From an uncultured Anaerolineales bacterium (GTDB lineage Bacteria > Chloroflexota > Anaerolineae > UBA1429): a stretch of DNA of 64,000 nucleotides. Under the pieces are notes generated by a model, which was given only the letters and a program-made list of their open reading frames with translations, did not search any database and was not told the origin of the DNA. The first letter of the stretch is position 1. Every line of letters starts with the position of its first letter. Below, one piece after another: positions 1-8,900 of the stretch. The stretch is taken from the NCBI GenBank assembly GCA_964567975.1, contig CAZMOW010000002.1, positions 1,519 through 65,518 on the forward strand, written 5' to 3'. A program made the translations under genes and the position numbers.

Positions 1-20
1 CTGTCGACAGTAGCGAAGAC

Positions 21-503
21 GTGGCTCAAGGAGACTTCTTAGAGGATTATCCCGTCCTCATTCCTCAAGCTCTGCCAGAGCCGGGAGGACGTATCGCCGC
101 GGATGTTCGGCAGTATAGTGTGGTGGTGCTGACTCAATCTTGTGATCTAGCTCTTGCGAAAGTGGATTCAGTGTTGATTTGCCCATACTATAATTATAGA
201 ATCTTTGCCGACAGGAACCCGACGTACGGAAGCAAGAAAGGCGTGGAGAGGCTGAGGAGAGGGGCAGTTTTTGGTTACCATCTTCTGAGCCAGTGCGAGA
301 TTGATGGGTTCTGTAGTGAGGGGTTTGTTGTTGACTTTCGCAGAGTCTTTAGCACACCTTTTCAGCAACTCATGAAGTTCGCCAGACAGCAGGATAGCCG
401 TCTCCGTCTATTGCCACCCTATCGGGAGCGGCTCTCACAGGCATTTGCCGTTTCGCTAATGCGAGTGGCGATGGAACAGGACATAGACATAGAATTGGGA
501 TAG
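21..503 (+). CDS. Hypothetical protein. The reading frame stays open to the left window edge, so this may be the 3' part of a longer gene.
   Basis: 160-aa ORF starting at GTG 21 with no in-frame stop upstream to position 3. Local GC is about 50%, against about 62% for the window. I recognise no motifs. The gene sits next to the tRNA-Ser 3' end. Confidence 0.4.
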   Translation: MAQGDFLEDYPVLIPQALPEPGGRIAADVRQYSVVVLTQSCDLALAKVDSVLICPYYNYRIFADRNPTYGSKKGVERLRRGAVFGYHLLSQCEIDGFCSEGFVVDFRRVFSTPFQQLMKFARQQDSRLRLLPPYRERLSQAFAVSLMRVAMEQDIDIELG

Positions 504-669
504 TATCCGGCACGCTTCTTCGATGCTTTGGCAAAGAAAGCGCCCTGCCGCTGCGCACAAGCCAAGGCATGCTCCAGACGATATCAGCCCCCAGCAAAGG
601 TAGAATACCACAAACCCGCCCCAAGCGATATGTCACTCGGGACGGGCACTCTGTACGATACACACTGAA

Positions 670-759
670 GGCGGAGGGGGAGGGATTCGAACCCCCGGTA
701 GCGCTAAACGCTACAACGGTTTTCGAGACCGCCCCATTCAACCACTCTGGCACCCCTCC
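670..759 (-). tRNA. tRNA-Ser (anticodon CGA), about 90 nt with a long variable arm
   Basis: Cloverleaf read from the reverse complement. Acceptor stem is GGAGGGG/CCCCTCC. Anticodon stem-loop GCGGT-CTCGAAA-ACCGT gives anticodon CGA. T-arm is GGGGG-TTCGAAT-CCCTC. Discriminator G and CC are encoded. Confidence 0.85.
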
Positions 760-791
760 GAATAAGCGCTATGAATCCAAAGCCGGGAACG

Positions 792-1250
792 TCAGGCCCC
801 TTCTTTGCGCAGGCTCTCAAAAAAGTCCCGCATGACCCGCTCCACGTCGTCGGCCAACACTCCACCCACCACCTCTATGCGATGGTTCAGCCACGGCGAA
901 CGCACGATGTCGTACACCGAGCCCGCCGCCCCTGTCTTGGGATCCGCAATCCCGTACACCAGCGTGTCGATTCGCGCGTTGACCATGGCGCCGGCGCACA
1001 TGGAGCAGGGCTCCAACGTGGAGTAGAGGGTGGCCCCCGTAAGGCGCCACGAACCCCGTTCGTGGGCCGCGCGGCGCAGGGCGAGGAGCTCGGCGTGCGC
1101 CGTGGGATCCCTCATGGCCTCTTTACGGTTACGCCCGCGGCCGATGATGCGCTCCCCAAAGACGACCACCGCGCCCACCGGAATCTCGCCGGCCGCCGCG
1201 GCCTTTTCGGCCTCCTCAAGTGCCTCTCGCATCCACCGTTCATGATCCAT
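792..1250 (-). CDS. tadA: tRNA adenosine(34) deaminase TadA (CMP/dCMP deaminase zinc-binding fold)
   Basis: Contains the HAE and PCxMC zinc-ligand motifs. The N-terminus MDHERWMREALEEA is typical of TadA. Start is the ATG at 1250, internal to the longer 792..1343 ORF. Confidence 0.9.
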   Translation of the reverse strand: MDHERWMREALEEAEKAAAAGEIPVGAVVVFGERIIGRGRNRKEAMRDPTAHAELLALRRAAHERGSWRLTGATLYSTLEPCSMCAGAMVNARIDTLVYGIADPKTGAAGSVYDIVRSPWLNHRIEVVGGVLADDVERVMRDFFESLRKEGA

Positions 1251-1516
1251 AGCTATAACCATTATAGCATAGGCCATACACCTCGACAAAGTGCGCGTGC
1301 ACCTCCAGTGCCCCTCTACGTTCGCTAAGGTTATCCTTTGCAAGGACAGGCCACGCTATACATTGTTGACAGCATATCGTTTATGGTAGAAGATTATGGA
1401 TATGGGATAGGTCCTCGCTCCATGTATCGGGCGGATGCGTCAGTAGGTTCCCATCTGGGGGAGGGAGGACGCTTTTGGTACGTGGATGACGTCTGGGAGC
1501 ATGGATGGAAAGAGGG

Positions 1517-1681
1517 ATGAACTTTTTGAGGGACTTGAGGCGCTTTTGGGCGGACGAGTCGGGGCCCGATCTGATCGAATGGGTGGTGGTGACCGTTATC
1601 CTGACCCTGGCCATGTACGCCATTCTGCAGGCCTTGGGGCCAGAGATAGAGCAGTTTCTACAGACGGTGGGCTTGAGGTGA
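1517..1681 (+). CDS. flp: Flp/Fap family type IVb pilin precursor (54 aa)
   Basis: Protein is MNFLRDLRRFWADESG|PDLIEWVVVTVILTLAMYAIL. The G/xxxxE(W/Y) Flp processing motif is followed by a hydrophobic helix. An AGAGGGA RBS sits 5 nt upstream. The ORF is too short to appear in the ORF track (frame 2). It lies immediately upstream of a prepilin peptidase gene. Confidence 0.7.
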   Translation: MNFLRDLRRFWADESGPDLIEWVVVTVILTLAMYAILQALGPEIEQFLQTVGLR

Positions 1682-1734
1682 TGGGGCCGTACCGTGCGGG
1701 GCGATGGGCCCTGTTGGCCGATTAAGGGCGCTGA

Positions 1735-2310
1735 ATGGATATGGCAGAGCTGATCCTCAAGCTTTTTGTCACGGTCTGGTTGGTGGTGGCGTCTGTCGTG
1801 GATCTCCTCTATCGGCGCATCCCGAATGGGTTGGTGGCGCCCATCATGGCCGGCGGCCTCGTCTGGCAGATCTATCGCTTTGCTATGGGGCGTTCGTCGG
1901 GACTCCCCTTTGCCGTCGTCGCCTGGGCGGTCATCTTTGCCATCTGGAAGGTGCACATCTTTGGTGGCGGGGACGCCAAGTTTCTCATGGCCCTTTTTGC
2001 CCTCTTTCCCGACGAGCGGTTGTTGCTTTTGGTCTGTGTCGGCGTGGTGCTCGTGGCCACCCCCCTCATCCTTTGTAGGATTGTGCGCCGTCTTTGTACG
2101 GTCCCCACTGGGACGGAGGAAGGGACGGCGGGGGACGTTCCTGGGGAGGCAGGGCGAGGGCCTATTTCTCCACCCTCCCTGACCGATCGGGTATCCGCGT
2201 GGGGGACGCCGATACCCTGGCCGGGTGCGGAGAAATTGGAGAGCAGGGGCCAACCCTTTGTGTGGGGCTTTGCTCTGCCCGGGCTGGTGTACGTGTGGTG
2301 GTTTTTCTAA
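1735..2310 (+). CDS. cpaA: A24 family prepilin peptidase (CpaA/TadV-like)
   Basis: Multi-TM protein with the D..RRIPN and GGGDAKF(L) catalytic aspartate motifs typical of Flp prepilin peptidases. Confidence 0.8.
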   Translation: MDMAELILKLFVTVWLVVASVVDLLYRRIPNGLVAPIMAGGLVWQIYRFAMGRSSGLPFAVVAWAVIFAIWKVHIFGGGDAKFLMALFALFPDERLLLLVCVGVVLVATPLILCRIVRRLCTVPTGTEEGTAGDVPGEAGRGPISPPSLTDRVSAWGTPIPWPGAEKLESRGQPFVWGFALPGLVYVWWFF

Positions 2311-2378
2311 GGGGTGGAGGCACGGACTTGTTTGGCCCAGGCACTGCATATATCCGGCGCTAATGGCAGCCGCTTCTT

Positions 2379-2406
2379 TTGACGAAAGCCCCTTTTTTGG
2401 TATACT
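2379..2406 (+). promoter_or_regulatory. Sigma70-like promoter (TTGACG-N16-TATACT) for the tRNA-Pro and tRNA-Gly pair
   Basis: Hexamers read directly from the sequence. The -10 hexamer ends 9 nt before the tRNA-Pro 5' end. Confidence 0.4.
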
Positions 2407-2414
2407 AGAGACAG

Positions 2415-2488
2415 CGGGGCGTGGCGCAGCCGGGCAGCGCGCGGCGTTTGGGACGCCGAGGTCGAAGGTTCAAATCCTTTCGCCCCGA
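2415..2488 (+). tRNA. tRNA-Pro (anticodon TGG)
   Basis: The 5' end CGGGGCG pairs with the 3' end CGCCCCG+A. The anticodon loop TTTGGGA gives UGG. The T-loop is GGTTCAAATCC. Confidence 0.85.
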
Positions 2489-2504
2489 CTGGTTTGCACA
2501 GCAA

Positions 2505-2579
2505 GCGGGCGTAGCTCAGCTGGCAGAGCCCCTGCCTTCCAAGCAGGCTGTCGCGTGTTCGAATCACGTCGCCCGCTCC
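2505..2579 (+). tRNA. tRNA-Gly (anticodon TCC)
   Basis: Acceptor stem is GCGGGCG/CGCCCGC. The D-arm is TAGCTCAGCTGG. The anticodon loop CTTCCAA gives UCC. The T-loop is GTTCGAATC. Discriminator T plus CC are encoded. Confidence 0.85.
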
Positions 2580-2667
2580 TGGAAATCCCTGGCCCGCACG
2601 CTTTTTGTGTGGGCCTGCTTTATATATCATGTCTTTTTGTTGCTTTCACCCACTCTGGAGAACTTTT

Positions 2668-3732
2668 ATGACAGAGCTAAGGATGGTTCCCCGAATCCTC
2701 GTCCTCTTTTTTCTCATCACCCTCTGTGGTTGTGGACTCCGTGGCGACGCCAAAAGCGTCCCCGTTTCCTACGTCTGGGATTATGCTACGGGGGATTATC
2801 TGCGAGGTACGGCGGCGGTGGGCGACGGGTCGGTCTATGTGGGGTCCGATGATAATGCGTTTCACGCCATCGACGTCCAGACCGGCGAGGTCGTATGGCA
2901 ATACGAGACGGAGGATAACGTCGCGTCGCGCCCCGTGCTCTTTGAGGATCTGGTCTGCTTTGGGGCCTGGGACGGCGGCGTGTACGGACTGGAGGCCGCC
3001 ACGGGCGAGCTCCTGTGGCGCTATGAGACGGATGGGTGGATAACGGCCCCCCTCCTGTTGGATCGGGGCGTCATCTATGTGGGTTCCCACGATGGATATT
3101 TCTACGCCCTGGACGCTGGCGAGGGAGATCTGCTGTGGCGCTATCGCACGGGGGACTATATCCAGGGGGGCGCGGCGCTGACCGAGGATCTGGTGCTCTT
3201 TGGCTCCGCCGACAATTATTTCTACGCCCTCAACAGGGAGGATGGTTCCCTGGCCTGGCGCTATGGCACGGAGGGGGATATTCTGGCCGCCCCCGTCGTC
3301 CACGATGGCCGGGTCTATTTCGGCTCCGGCGATCGCACCGTCTATGCCCTGGATGCCGCAGGGGGCGAACGGGAGTGGATCTTTGCCGCCGATTATGCCG
3401 TGGCTTGCACTCCCCTCGTGCATGATGATGTCCTGTACGTGGGAAGCAATGGCGGCACGTTGTACGCCCTGGATGGGCGTGATGGTGAATTCCTCTGGGA
3501 CCATGCGACAGGGGGCATGATGCGTTCGACGCCCGGCGTGTGGCGAGACGTGATCTTTGTGGCGTCTGACGAGGGCGCGCTGTGCGCTGTGGATCCCGCC
3601 TCAGGGAAAGAGATGTGGTCCTATCAGACGGGGGGAGCCATAATCGCCGATGCTACCATAGCCGGCAATAGGCTGTACGTGGGGTCGACGGACAGCCGAC
3701 TCTATACCTTTGAGCTGGAGGGCGGGTCATGA
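2668..3732 (+). CDS. PQQ-like beta-propeller repeat lipoprotein (BamB-like fold)
   Basis: Lipoprotein signal FLITLCGCG. Seven or eight repeats of the form YVGSxDxxxYALDxxxGxxxWRY. GGAG RBS is 8 nt before the ATG at 2668. Confidence 0.8.
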   Translation: MTELRMVPRILVLFFLITLCGCGLRGDAKSVPVSYVWDYATGDYLRGTAAVGDGSVYVGSDDNAFHAIDVQTGEVVWQYETEDNVASRPVLFEDLVCFGAWDGGVYGLEAATGELLWRYETDGWITAPLLLDRGVIYVGSHDGYFYALDAGEGDLLWRYRTGDYIQGGAALTEDLVLFGSADNYFYALNREDGSLAWRYGTEGDILAAPVVHDGRVYFGSGDRTVYALDAAGGEREWIFAADYAVACTPLVHDDVLYVGSNGGTLYALDGRDGEFLWDHATGGMMRSTPGVWRDVIFVASDEGALCAVDPASGKEMWSYQTGGAIIADATIAGNRLYVGSTDSRLYTFELEGGS

Positions 3733-5630
3733 GGGAAAAGATCAAAGAGTTTTTTCCTTCCTGGCGCAAAAGGATCGTTTTCCTTTCTTTATTGCTTCTT
3801 CTTGGCATCGTGGGAGGCCTCTTGTTCCTCCGCTTTGGGAACGTGCGCTCCGGGGCTTTTCTTTACGCTCGGTATCGGCACGCAGGGGGGCCGCGCGCCG
3901 CCAGCCTTTCTCAGCGGTTGGGGCGCAAATTGCCCGAGATCGAGGAATATGCCCAATTATGGTGGGCCAGGTCCATGATGCCGGACATGGAAGCCGTGGA
4001 CGCCTTGAAAAAGATCATCGCCTATCGTCCCCAGAGCCCGGCCGCCCGCGAGGCCCATATCCTCCTGGCCCGCCACTATGCGGACCAGGAGGCTCCGCAG
4101 GCCGAGGAGGCCTATCGCGCCGCATTGGACTTGCATCATACAGTGGCCCTGCGGCGGGAGTTGGCCCACTATCTGGAGGAGACGGGGAACGACGAGGGGG
4201 CTTATGCCCAATATCGTCGCATCCTGGGGGATCAATACGATGCCTTTGCCGATATGCGCCGGACGGGGCGCGATCCTGTCTCTGTGGCCAGGGATCTGAA
4301 CGCCGCCTATTATTATCGAGATACCGTGGAAACCCTGCGGGAGGTCGATGCCCTGGAGGCCTTTTCCGTGCGCGCCCAGGCCCTCGACGGTTTGAAACGT
4401 TATGAGGAGGCGGTGAAGAATTATCGGGACTGGTTGAAGAAGGACCCCGACTCTGAGGAGGCACTCGCGGGGTTGGTGAAGGCATTGAAAGAGCTGGGGC
4501 GCGAGGATGAGGCGACGGCCCTGCTCGAGGCCGACGAGGATGAGGAGGAAGAGGAGATTTCTGAAAAAGACGACGTCTCCGAGGAGCCGGAATCGGTCGA
4601 GGAGGAAGCGGTGGATGAAGAAGATGATCCCCTGGCACCCCTGCTCGATTCCCCTTCTCCGGTCTCCTGGTGGTCTGCCACCATCATGTTGGAGGAGGAG
4701 GGCCGGATCACCGAGACGTTGCCCATCTATGCGCGGGTGGCCCGAGCGGATACCTATCTGGCAGATGACGCGGCCTACCGCCTCCACGTGCTGGCCCGTC
4801 GCCTGGGAGATGAGGAGGCGCAGGCCGAGGCCGAGGAGTTGCTGGAGGTGCAGGGTCTGAATTGGCTGAGCTTGAGGGCCTCTGGTGACCAACCCCAACT
4901 GTCCATCATGCCGCCCCTGGACGCCGATGGCACGGAGATCGTGGAAAAGGCCGAGGCGTTGGAATCCATCGGCAGAGAGGATCTGGCCTATCTGGAACTG
5001 CTCCTGGCTGCCCGTTTTCGGCGCCGACCGGAATCCGACCTGACCATGGCTCAGGCCCTGTCGGCCAGGGGATACGTCGTCGAGGCACAATCCATCGCGG
5101 CCGAATTCATCGAAAGGCAGGGTGAAGCCCCCCTCGCCTTCTGGCATTTGAACTATCCGCGACCCTATGCGGAGACGGTCGAGGCCGAGGCGGCCGAATT
5201 CGACGTCGATCCTCTGCTCATCTGGGCCATTATGCGTCAGGAGAGTCGTTTCGATGAGAAGGCCAGGGGCCATGCTGGAGAACGTGGCCTGATGCAATTC
5301 ATGCCCGCAACGCAGGCCTGGGCTGCCGATGAGTTGCAGGAGGTAATCTCCCCGGGTGAGGGGTATATCCCCGAGAAGAATATCCGCATGAGCGCATGGT
5401 TCCTGCGCTGGCTCCTCGACTACTATGACGGCGATGTGGAGCTCGCACTCCTGGCTTACAACGGTGGCCCTGCGAATGTAAACAGTTGGTTGGAGGATCC
5501 CCTGGTCTCTAACCGGGATGATCTGCTGCGGTGGATCGGTTTTGGATCGACGCGAGAGTATCTGGCCAAGGTGGGGTTGAATTATCGAATCTATCAGGTG
5601 CTGTACGGCGATGATGGCCCGGGGGAATGA
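3729..5630 (+). CDS. Lytic murein transglycosylase (SLT domain) with N-terminal TM helix, TPR-like region and acidic linker
   Basis: C-terminal ESRFDEKARGHAGERGLMQFMPAT matches the SLT family-1 catalytic motif. The start overlaps the upstream stop (ATGA). Confidence 0.8.
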   Translation: MREKIKEFFPSWRKRIVFLSLLLLLGIVGGLLFLRFGNVRSGAFLYARYRHAGGPRAASLSQRLGRKLPEIEEYAQLWWARSMMPDMEAVDALKKIIAYRPQSPAAREAHILLARHYADQEAPQAEEAYRAALDLHHTVALRRELAHYLEETGNDEGAYAQYRRILGDQYDAFADMRRTGRDPVSVARDLNAAYYYRDTVETLREVDALEAFSVRAQALDGLKRYEEAVKNYRDWLKKDPDSEEALAGLVKALKELGREDEATALLEADEDEEEEEISEKDDVSEEPESVEEEAVDEEDDPLAPLLDSPSPVSWWSATIMLEEEGRITETLPIYARVARADTYLADDAAYRLHVLARRLGDEEAQAEAEELLEVQGLNWLSLRASGDQPQLSIMPPLDADGTEIVEKAEALESIGREDLAYLELLLAARFRRRPESDLTMAQALSARGYVVEAQSIAAEFIERQGEAPLAFWHLNYPRPYAETVEAEAAEFDVDPLLIWAIMRQESRFDEKARGHAGERGLMQFMPATQAWAADELQEVISPGEGYIPEKNIRMSAWFLRWLLDYYDGDVELALLAYNGGPANVNSWLEDPLVSNRDDLLRWIGFGSTREYLAKVGLNYRIYQVLYGDDGPGE

Positions 5631-5754
5631 TGAGGACTGAAGGCCCTGACGGTTGATCTTGCGCAGAGGGGCATATTCAAGGATTGACCTTCGTTGTATT
5701 GTGGAGGCGGCGAGCCTCTGGGCGCTCAATATTTTAGAGGAATCGGGATAGGTT

Positions 5755-6822
5755 ATGTCAATAGAGGTACAGGCTGCGACGACGAGGAATGCGTTCATCC
5801 TCCCCAAGGGCTACGATCTGCGCCAGAACCTGCGGGAGACGGAAAAGGCGATCAAGATGATCAAGGATCATTTTCAGGAGGGCCTGGCGCGGGCGCTGAA
5901 CCTGAGCCGTGTTACGGCCCCCATATTGGTGCCCGGCGCCACGGGCATCAACGACCACCTGACGGGTGCGGAAGAACCTGTTAGCTTTCACGTCAAGGCC
6001 CTGGGTGGCGAGGCAGAGATCGTGCAGTCCCTGGCCAAGTGGAAGCGGCTGGCCCTGGGAGAGTATGCCTTTGAGCATGGCGAGGGGCTCTACACGGACA
6101 TGAACGCCATCCGCCCCGATGAGGGTGTCGATAACCTGCATTCCATCTATGTGGATCAATGGGATTGGGAACGAATCATCAAAGAGGAGGAAAGGAATAT
6201 CCCTTTCCTCAAAGAGATCGTGCGCGACATCTATGACGTCATCGTGGACACCGAGGAGTACGTCTGCGGCGCCTATCCGAGTCTGCCGACCCCCTATCTC
6301 CCTGAGGAGATCACTTTTATTCACAGCGAGGATCTGCAGGCGCGCTATCCCCATCTCTCTCCCAGGGAGCGGGAGGATGTCATCTGCCGCCAAGAGGGCG
6401 CCGTCTTCGTCATCGGCATCGGTGCCCGCCTGCGCGACGGCCAGCCCCACGACGAGCGGGCGGCAGATTATGATGATTGGTCTACGGAGACGGGCGATGG
6501 CAAGCGCGGACTGAACGGCGATCTGCTGGTATGGTATCCCCTCCTCGATTGCGCCATGGAGCTTTCGTCCATGGGCATTCGCGTGGACGAGGAGGCACTG
6601 CTAACCCAGCTGGAAATAAAGGAGGAGACGGAAAAACTGGACCTCTACTTCCACCGCAAGCTGATGGCCGGCGAATTGCCCCTCACCATCGGCGGCGGCA
6701 TCGGCCAGTCCCGCCTGTGCATGCTCTTTTTGCGCCGCGCCCACGTGGGCGAGGTACAGGCCAGCCTCTGGCCCGAGGAGATGATCGAGGCCTGTGAGGA
6801 GCATGGCATCTTTTTGCTCTAG
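5755..6822 (+). CDS. asnA: Aspartate--ammonia ligase (asparagine synthetase A)
   Basis: Motifs SLAKWKR, YVDQWDWER, DYDDWS and GGGIGQSRLCML match AsnA along its full length. Confidence 0.9.
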   Translation: MSIEVQAATTRNAFILPKGYDLRQNLRETEKAIKMIKDHFQEGLARALNLSRVTAPILVPGATGINDHLTGAEEPVSFHVKALGGEAEIVQSLAKWKRLALGEYAFEHGEGLYTDMNAIRPDEGVDNLHSIYVDQWDWERIIKEEERNIPFLKEIVRDIYDVIVDTEEYVCGAYPSLPTPYLPEEITFIHSEDLQARYPHLSPREREDVICRQEGAVFVIGIGARLRDGQPHDERAADYDDWSTETGDGKRGLNGDLLVWYPLLDCAMELSSMGIRVDEEALLTQLEIKEETEKLDLYFHRKLMAGELPLTIGGGIGQSRLCMLFLRRAHVGEVQASLWPEEMIEACEEHGIFLL

Positions 6823-6941
6823 ATTCCCGGCCCCTTTGCTTTGCCTCCCTACATATCGAGAGGGTGTCGTCCCCCGGCATCCGGCCTTGGCCTGTGCGCG
6901 GCAGGAGGGCAAGTCTTTCGATCTCCTGAAAGGGGATGCCC

Positions 6942-7700
6942 ATGCCCTTTGCCCATAATGGGGACGTCCGTATCCACTATCAGATAGAGGGGCAGGGGCC
7001 GCCCCTGATCCTGCATCATGGATATGCCAGCAGCGCCCAGGTCTGGCGCCAGGCCGGCTATACGGAGGGTCTGAGAGGGGAGTACACCCTCGTCCTCGTG
7101 GAGGCCCGGGGGCACGGCGCCAGCAGCAAGCCCCATGCCGTGCAGGACTATGTCCTCCGCCTGAGGGTCGCCGACGTGATAGCCGTCCTGGATGCCCTTG
7201 ACGTGCCCCGGGCCCACTTTTTCGGGTATTCCATGGGGGGTTGGATTGGCTTTGGCATGACCGCATATGCGCCTGGTCGCCTCTCCTCGCTGATTGTGGG
7301 CGGCTCCCATCCCTATGGAGAGAATTGTCGCCCCTTTCGCGACATCCAGGGCGGGCATGCAGAGGCCTTTCTCGCTGCCCTGGAGGCGGTCATCGGCGAG
7401 AGGCTGTCCGACAGGGCGAAACGCCTCATCCTGGCCAACGATCTGCGGGCCCTCGCCGCGGCCGCGCATCCCCACGTGTGCGGGGAGGCCGTTCCCCTGG
7501 ACGTGTCGGTGCCCTGCCTCCTCTTTGCAGGGGAGGAGGATCCCCGTTATCCTCTCATCAAAGCTGCCGCAGAGGAGATACCGAGGGCGATCTACTTTTC
7601 TCTGCCCGGCCTGGGCCATCTGCAGGCTTTTATGCACACCGAACGGGTGCTGCCGCCCGTAAAGGCCTTTCTGGACAAGGGAATGGACGGGCAACCGTAA
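6942..7700 (+). CDS. Alpha/beta hydrolase fold protein
   Basis: Contains the GYSMGG nucleophile elbow and an HGxxS motif. An alternative ATG lies at 6936. Confidence 0.75.
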   Translation: MPFAHNGDVRIHYQIEGQGPPLILHHGYASSAQVWRQAGYTEGLRGEYTLVLVEARGHGASSKPHAVQDYVLRLRVADVIAVLDALDVPRAHFFGYSMGGWIGFGMTAYAPGRLSSLIVGGSHPYGENCRPFRDIQGGHAEAFLAALEAVIGERLSDRAKRLILANDLRALAAAAHPHVCGEAVPLDVSVPCLLFAGEEDPRYPLIKAAAEEIPRAIYFSLPGLGHLQAFMHTERVLPPVKAFLDKGMDGQP

Positions 7701-7894
7701 AGTGAAATATCTCGTATGGGGTTTGGAGTCGGCGGGCGAAAGGCGAATGTCCAAGGATCTCGATCAAGCATTCGATATCTCAACGATCTTTTCCGGCGGC
7801 GGAATATGTGTGGACGTATCGCCCTTGGCCTGATTTGTGGGATGGCAGGAATTCGTACGGCGATTGATAGATGAGAGATGAGAGGTATAAAAGG

Positions 7895-8668
7895 ATGAAA
7901 TTGCTTGGCAGAACGCAGATGCTCTCCCAGTATCCCCTGCTCGAATCCCTGGAGGTCATCAAGCGCCTGGGCTTTGACGGCGTAGAGATATGTGTCGAAA
8001 GGCAGGATTGGTCCCTACACCCATTATCCACATTCCCTGAAAAAGGCGTGCGTGAGCGCGTGGGCGATCTGAATTTGAGCCCGCATTCGTTCAGTCTGCA
8101 TCAGGACTATATCCACGATGACGCTCTGTTCGAGATGACAAAAGAAGCCATCGCCATGACACCCGAGCTGGGAACAAGGCTCTTTGTGTTCGGTGGCGCC
8201 CGGAGACAGAGCGGCGACGAGGATGAATGGAGCCGCATGGTAGAGCGCACATGCGCGTTGGTGGCCGTGGCCGAGACCCACGACGTGGTACTGGCCAAAG
8301 AGTTCGAACCCGGTTTCGTCGTCGGGACAACACAGGAACTGCTGCGATTGTTTGATCAGATCCCCTCCCCCAATCTGGCGGCCAATGTGGATCTGGGACA
8401 CGTTTTCCTCTGCGATCCCGAGCCTTTTCAAGCCATTCACCAACTCGGCGACAAGATCGTGCACTGTCACATCTCCAACATGCCCTCGGGGAAACACGAT
8501 CACCTTGTGCCTCAGGAGGGAGATATGGACCTGAAGGCCTATTTGCAGGCCCTGGCTGCAGCGGGCTTTGATGGGGGCCTGGCTTTGGATCTCTACAAGT
8601 ACGACTATGAGGCGGTAGCCGCGCGTTCCGTCGCCCATCTTGGTGGGTTGCTGGAGGAACTGGCCTAA
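7895..8668 (+). CDS. Sugar phosphate isomerase/epimerase (xylose isomerase-like TIM barrel)
   Basis: Family-typical pattern of conserved E/D/H metal ligands. AAAGG RBS precedes the ATG at 7895. Confidence 0.7.
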   Translation: MKLLGRTQMLSQYPLLESLEVIKRLGFDGVEICVERQDWSLHPLSTFPEKGVRERVGDLNLSPHSFSLHQDYIHDDALFEMTKEAIAMTPELGTRLFVFGGARRQSGDEDEWSRMVERTCALVAVAETHDVVLAKEFEPGFVVGTTQELLRLFDQIPSPNLAANVDLGHVFLCDPEPFQAIHQLGDKIVHCHISNMPSGKHDHLVPQEGDMDLKAYLQALAAAGFDGGLALDLYKYDYEAVAARSVAHLGGLLEELA

Positions 8669-8824
8669 TCAAAACGTAGGGACTGTTGCCCGTCGGGCGG
8701 CTCTATTTGCTCTCTCTCTGACGTGGGGTTTCATCGCCGTGTTGTCTCCAGTTGCTCCGCGCACCCAGTTGGCTAGCGGCTGCTTATTGACGATGTTTGC
8801 ATGCCCTCCGAAGAACTCTTCCCG

Positions 8825-8853
8825 TTGACAGTGCAAGAGATTGCAGATAGAAT
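8825..8853 (+). promoter_or_regulatory. Near-consensus sigma70 promoter (TTGACA-N17-TAGAAT) for the TPR gene
   Basis: Hexamers read directly from the sequence. This places the gene start at 8901 rather than at the ORF-track start of 8841. Confidence 0.4.
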
Positions 8854-8900
8854 CGCCTCATCAAGTGATGGGGCCACAGGCTCTTGAGGGGGATGAGCAG

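Noticed and set aside
370-835. ORFs 370..753(-) and 569..835(+)
   Set aside because: They overlap the tRNA-Ser gene and the tadA 3' end. Neither has a RBS or sensible composition. The tRNA structure explains the region.
2580-2640. Possible terminator hairpin after tRNA-Gly (ggcccgcacgctttttgtgtgggcc)
   Set aside because: The stem is imperfect (one mismatch in 9) and the T-tract lies in the loop rather than after the stem. Not convincing enough to call as a feature.
4421-4726. Ser-rich 101-aa minus-strand ORF
   Set aside because: It is the mirror image of the GAG/GAA-rich acidic linker (EEEEE.. codons) of the SLT protein. It is a low-complexity artefact.
3957-5807. 616-aa ORF on the minus strand
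   Set aside because: It is entirely antisense to the SLT transglycosylase gene. It is rich in Gly, Arg and Pro, as expected for a high-GC antisense frame, and has no motifs. It is a frame artefact.
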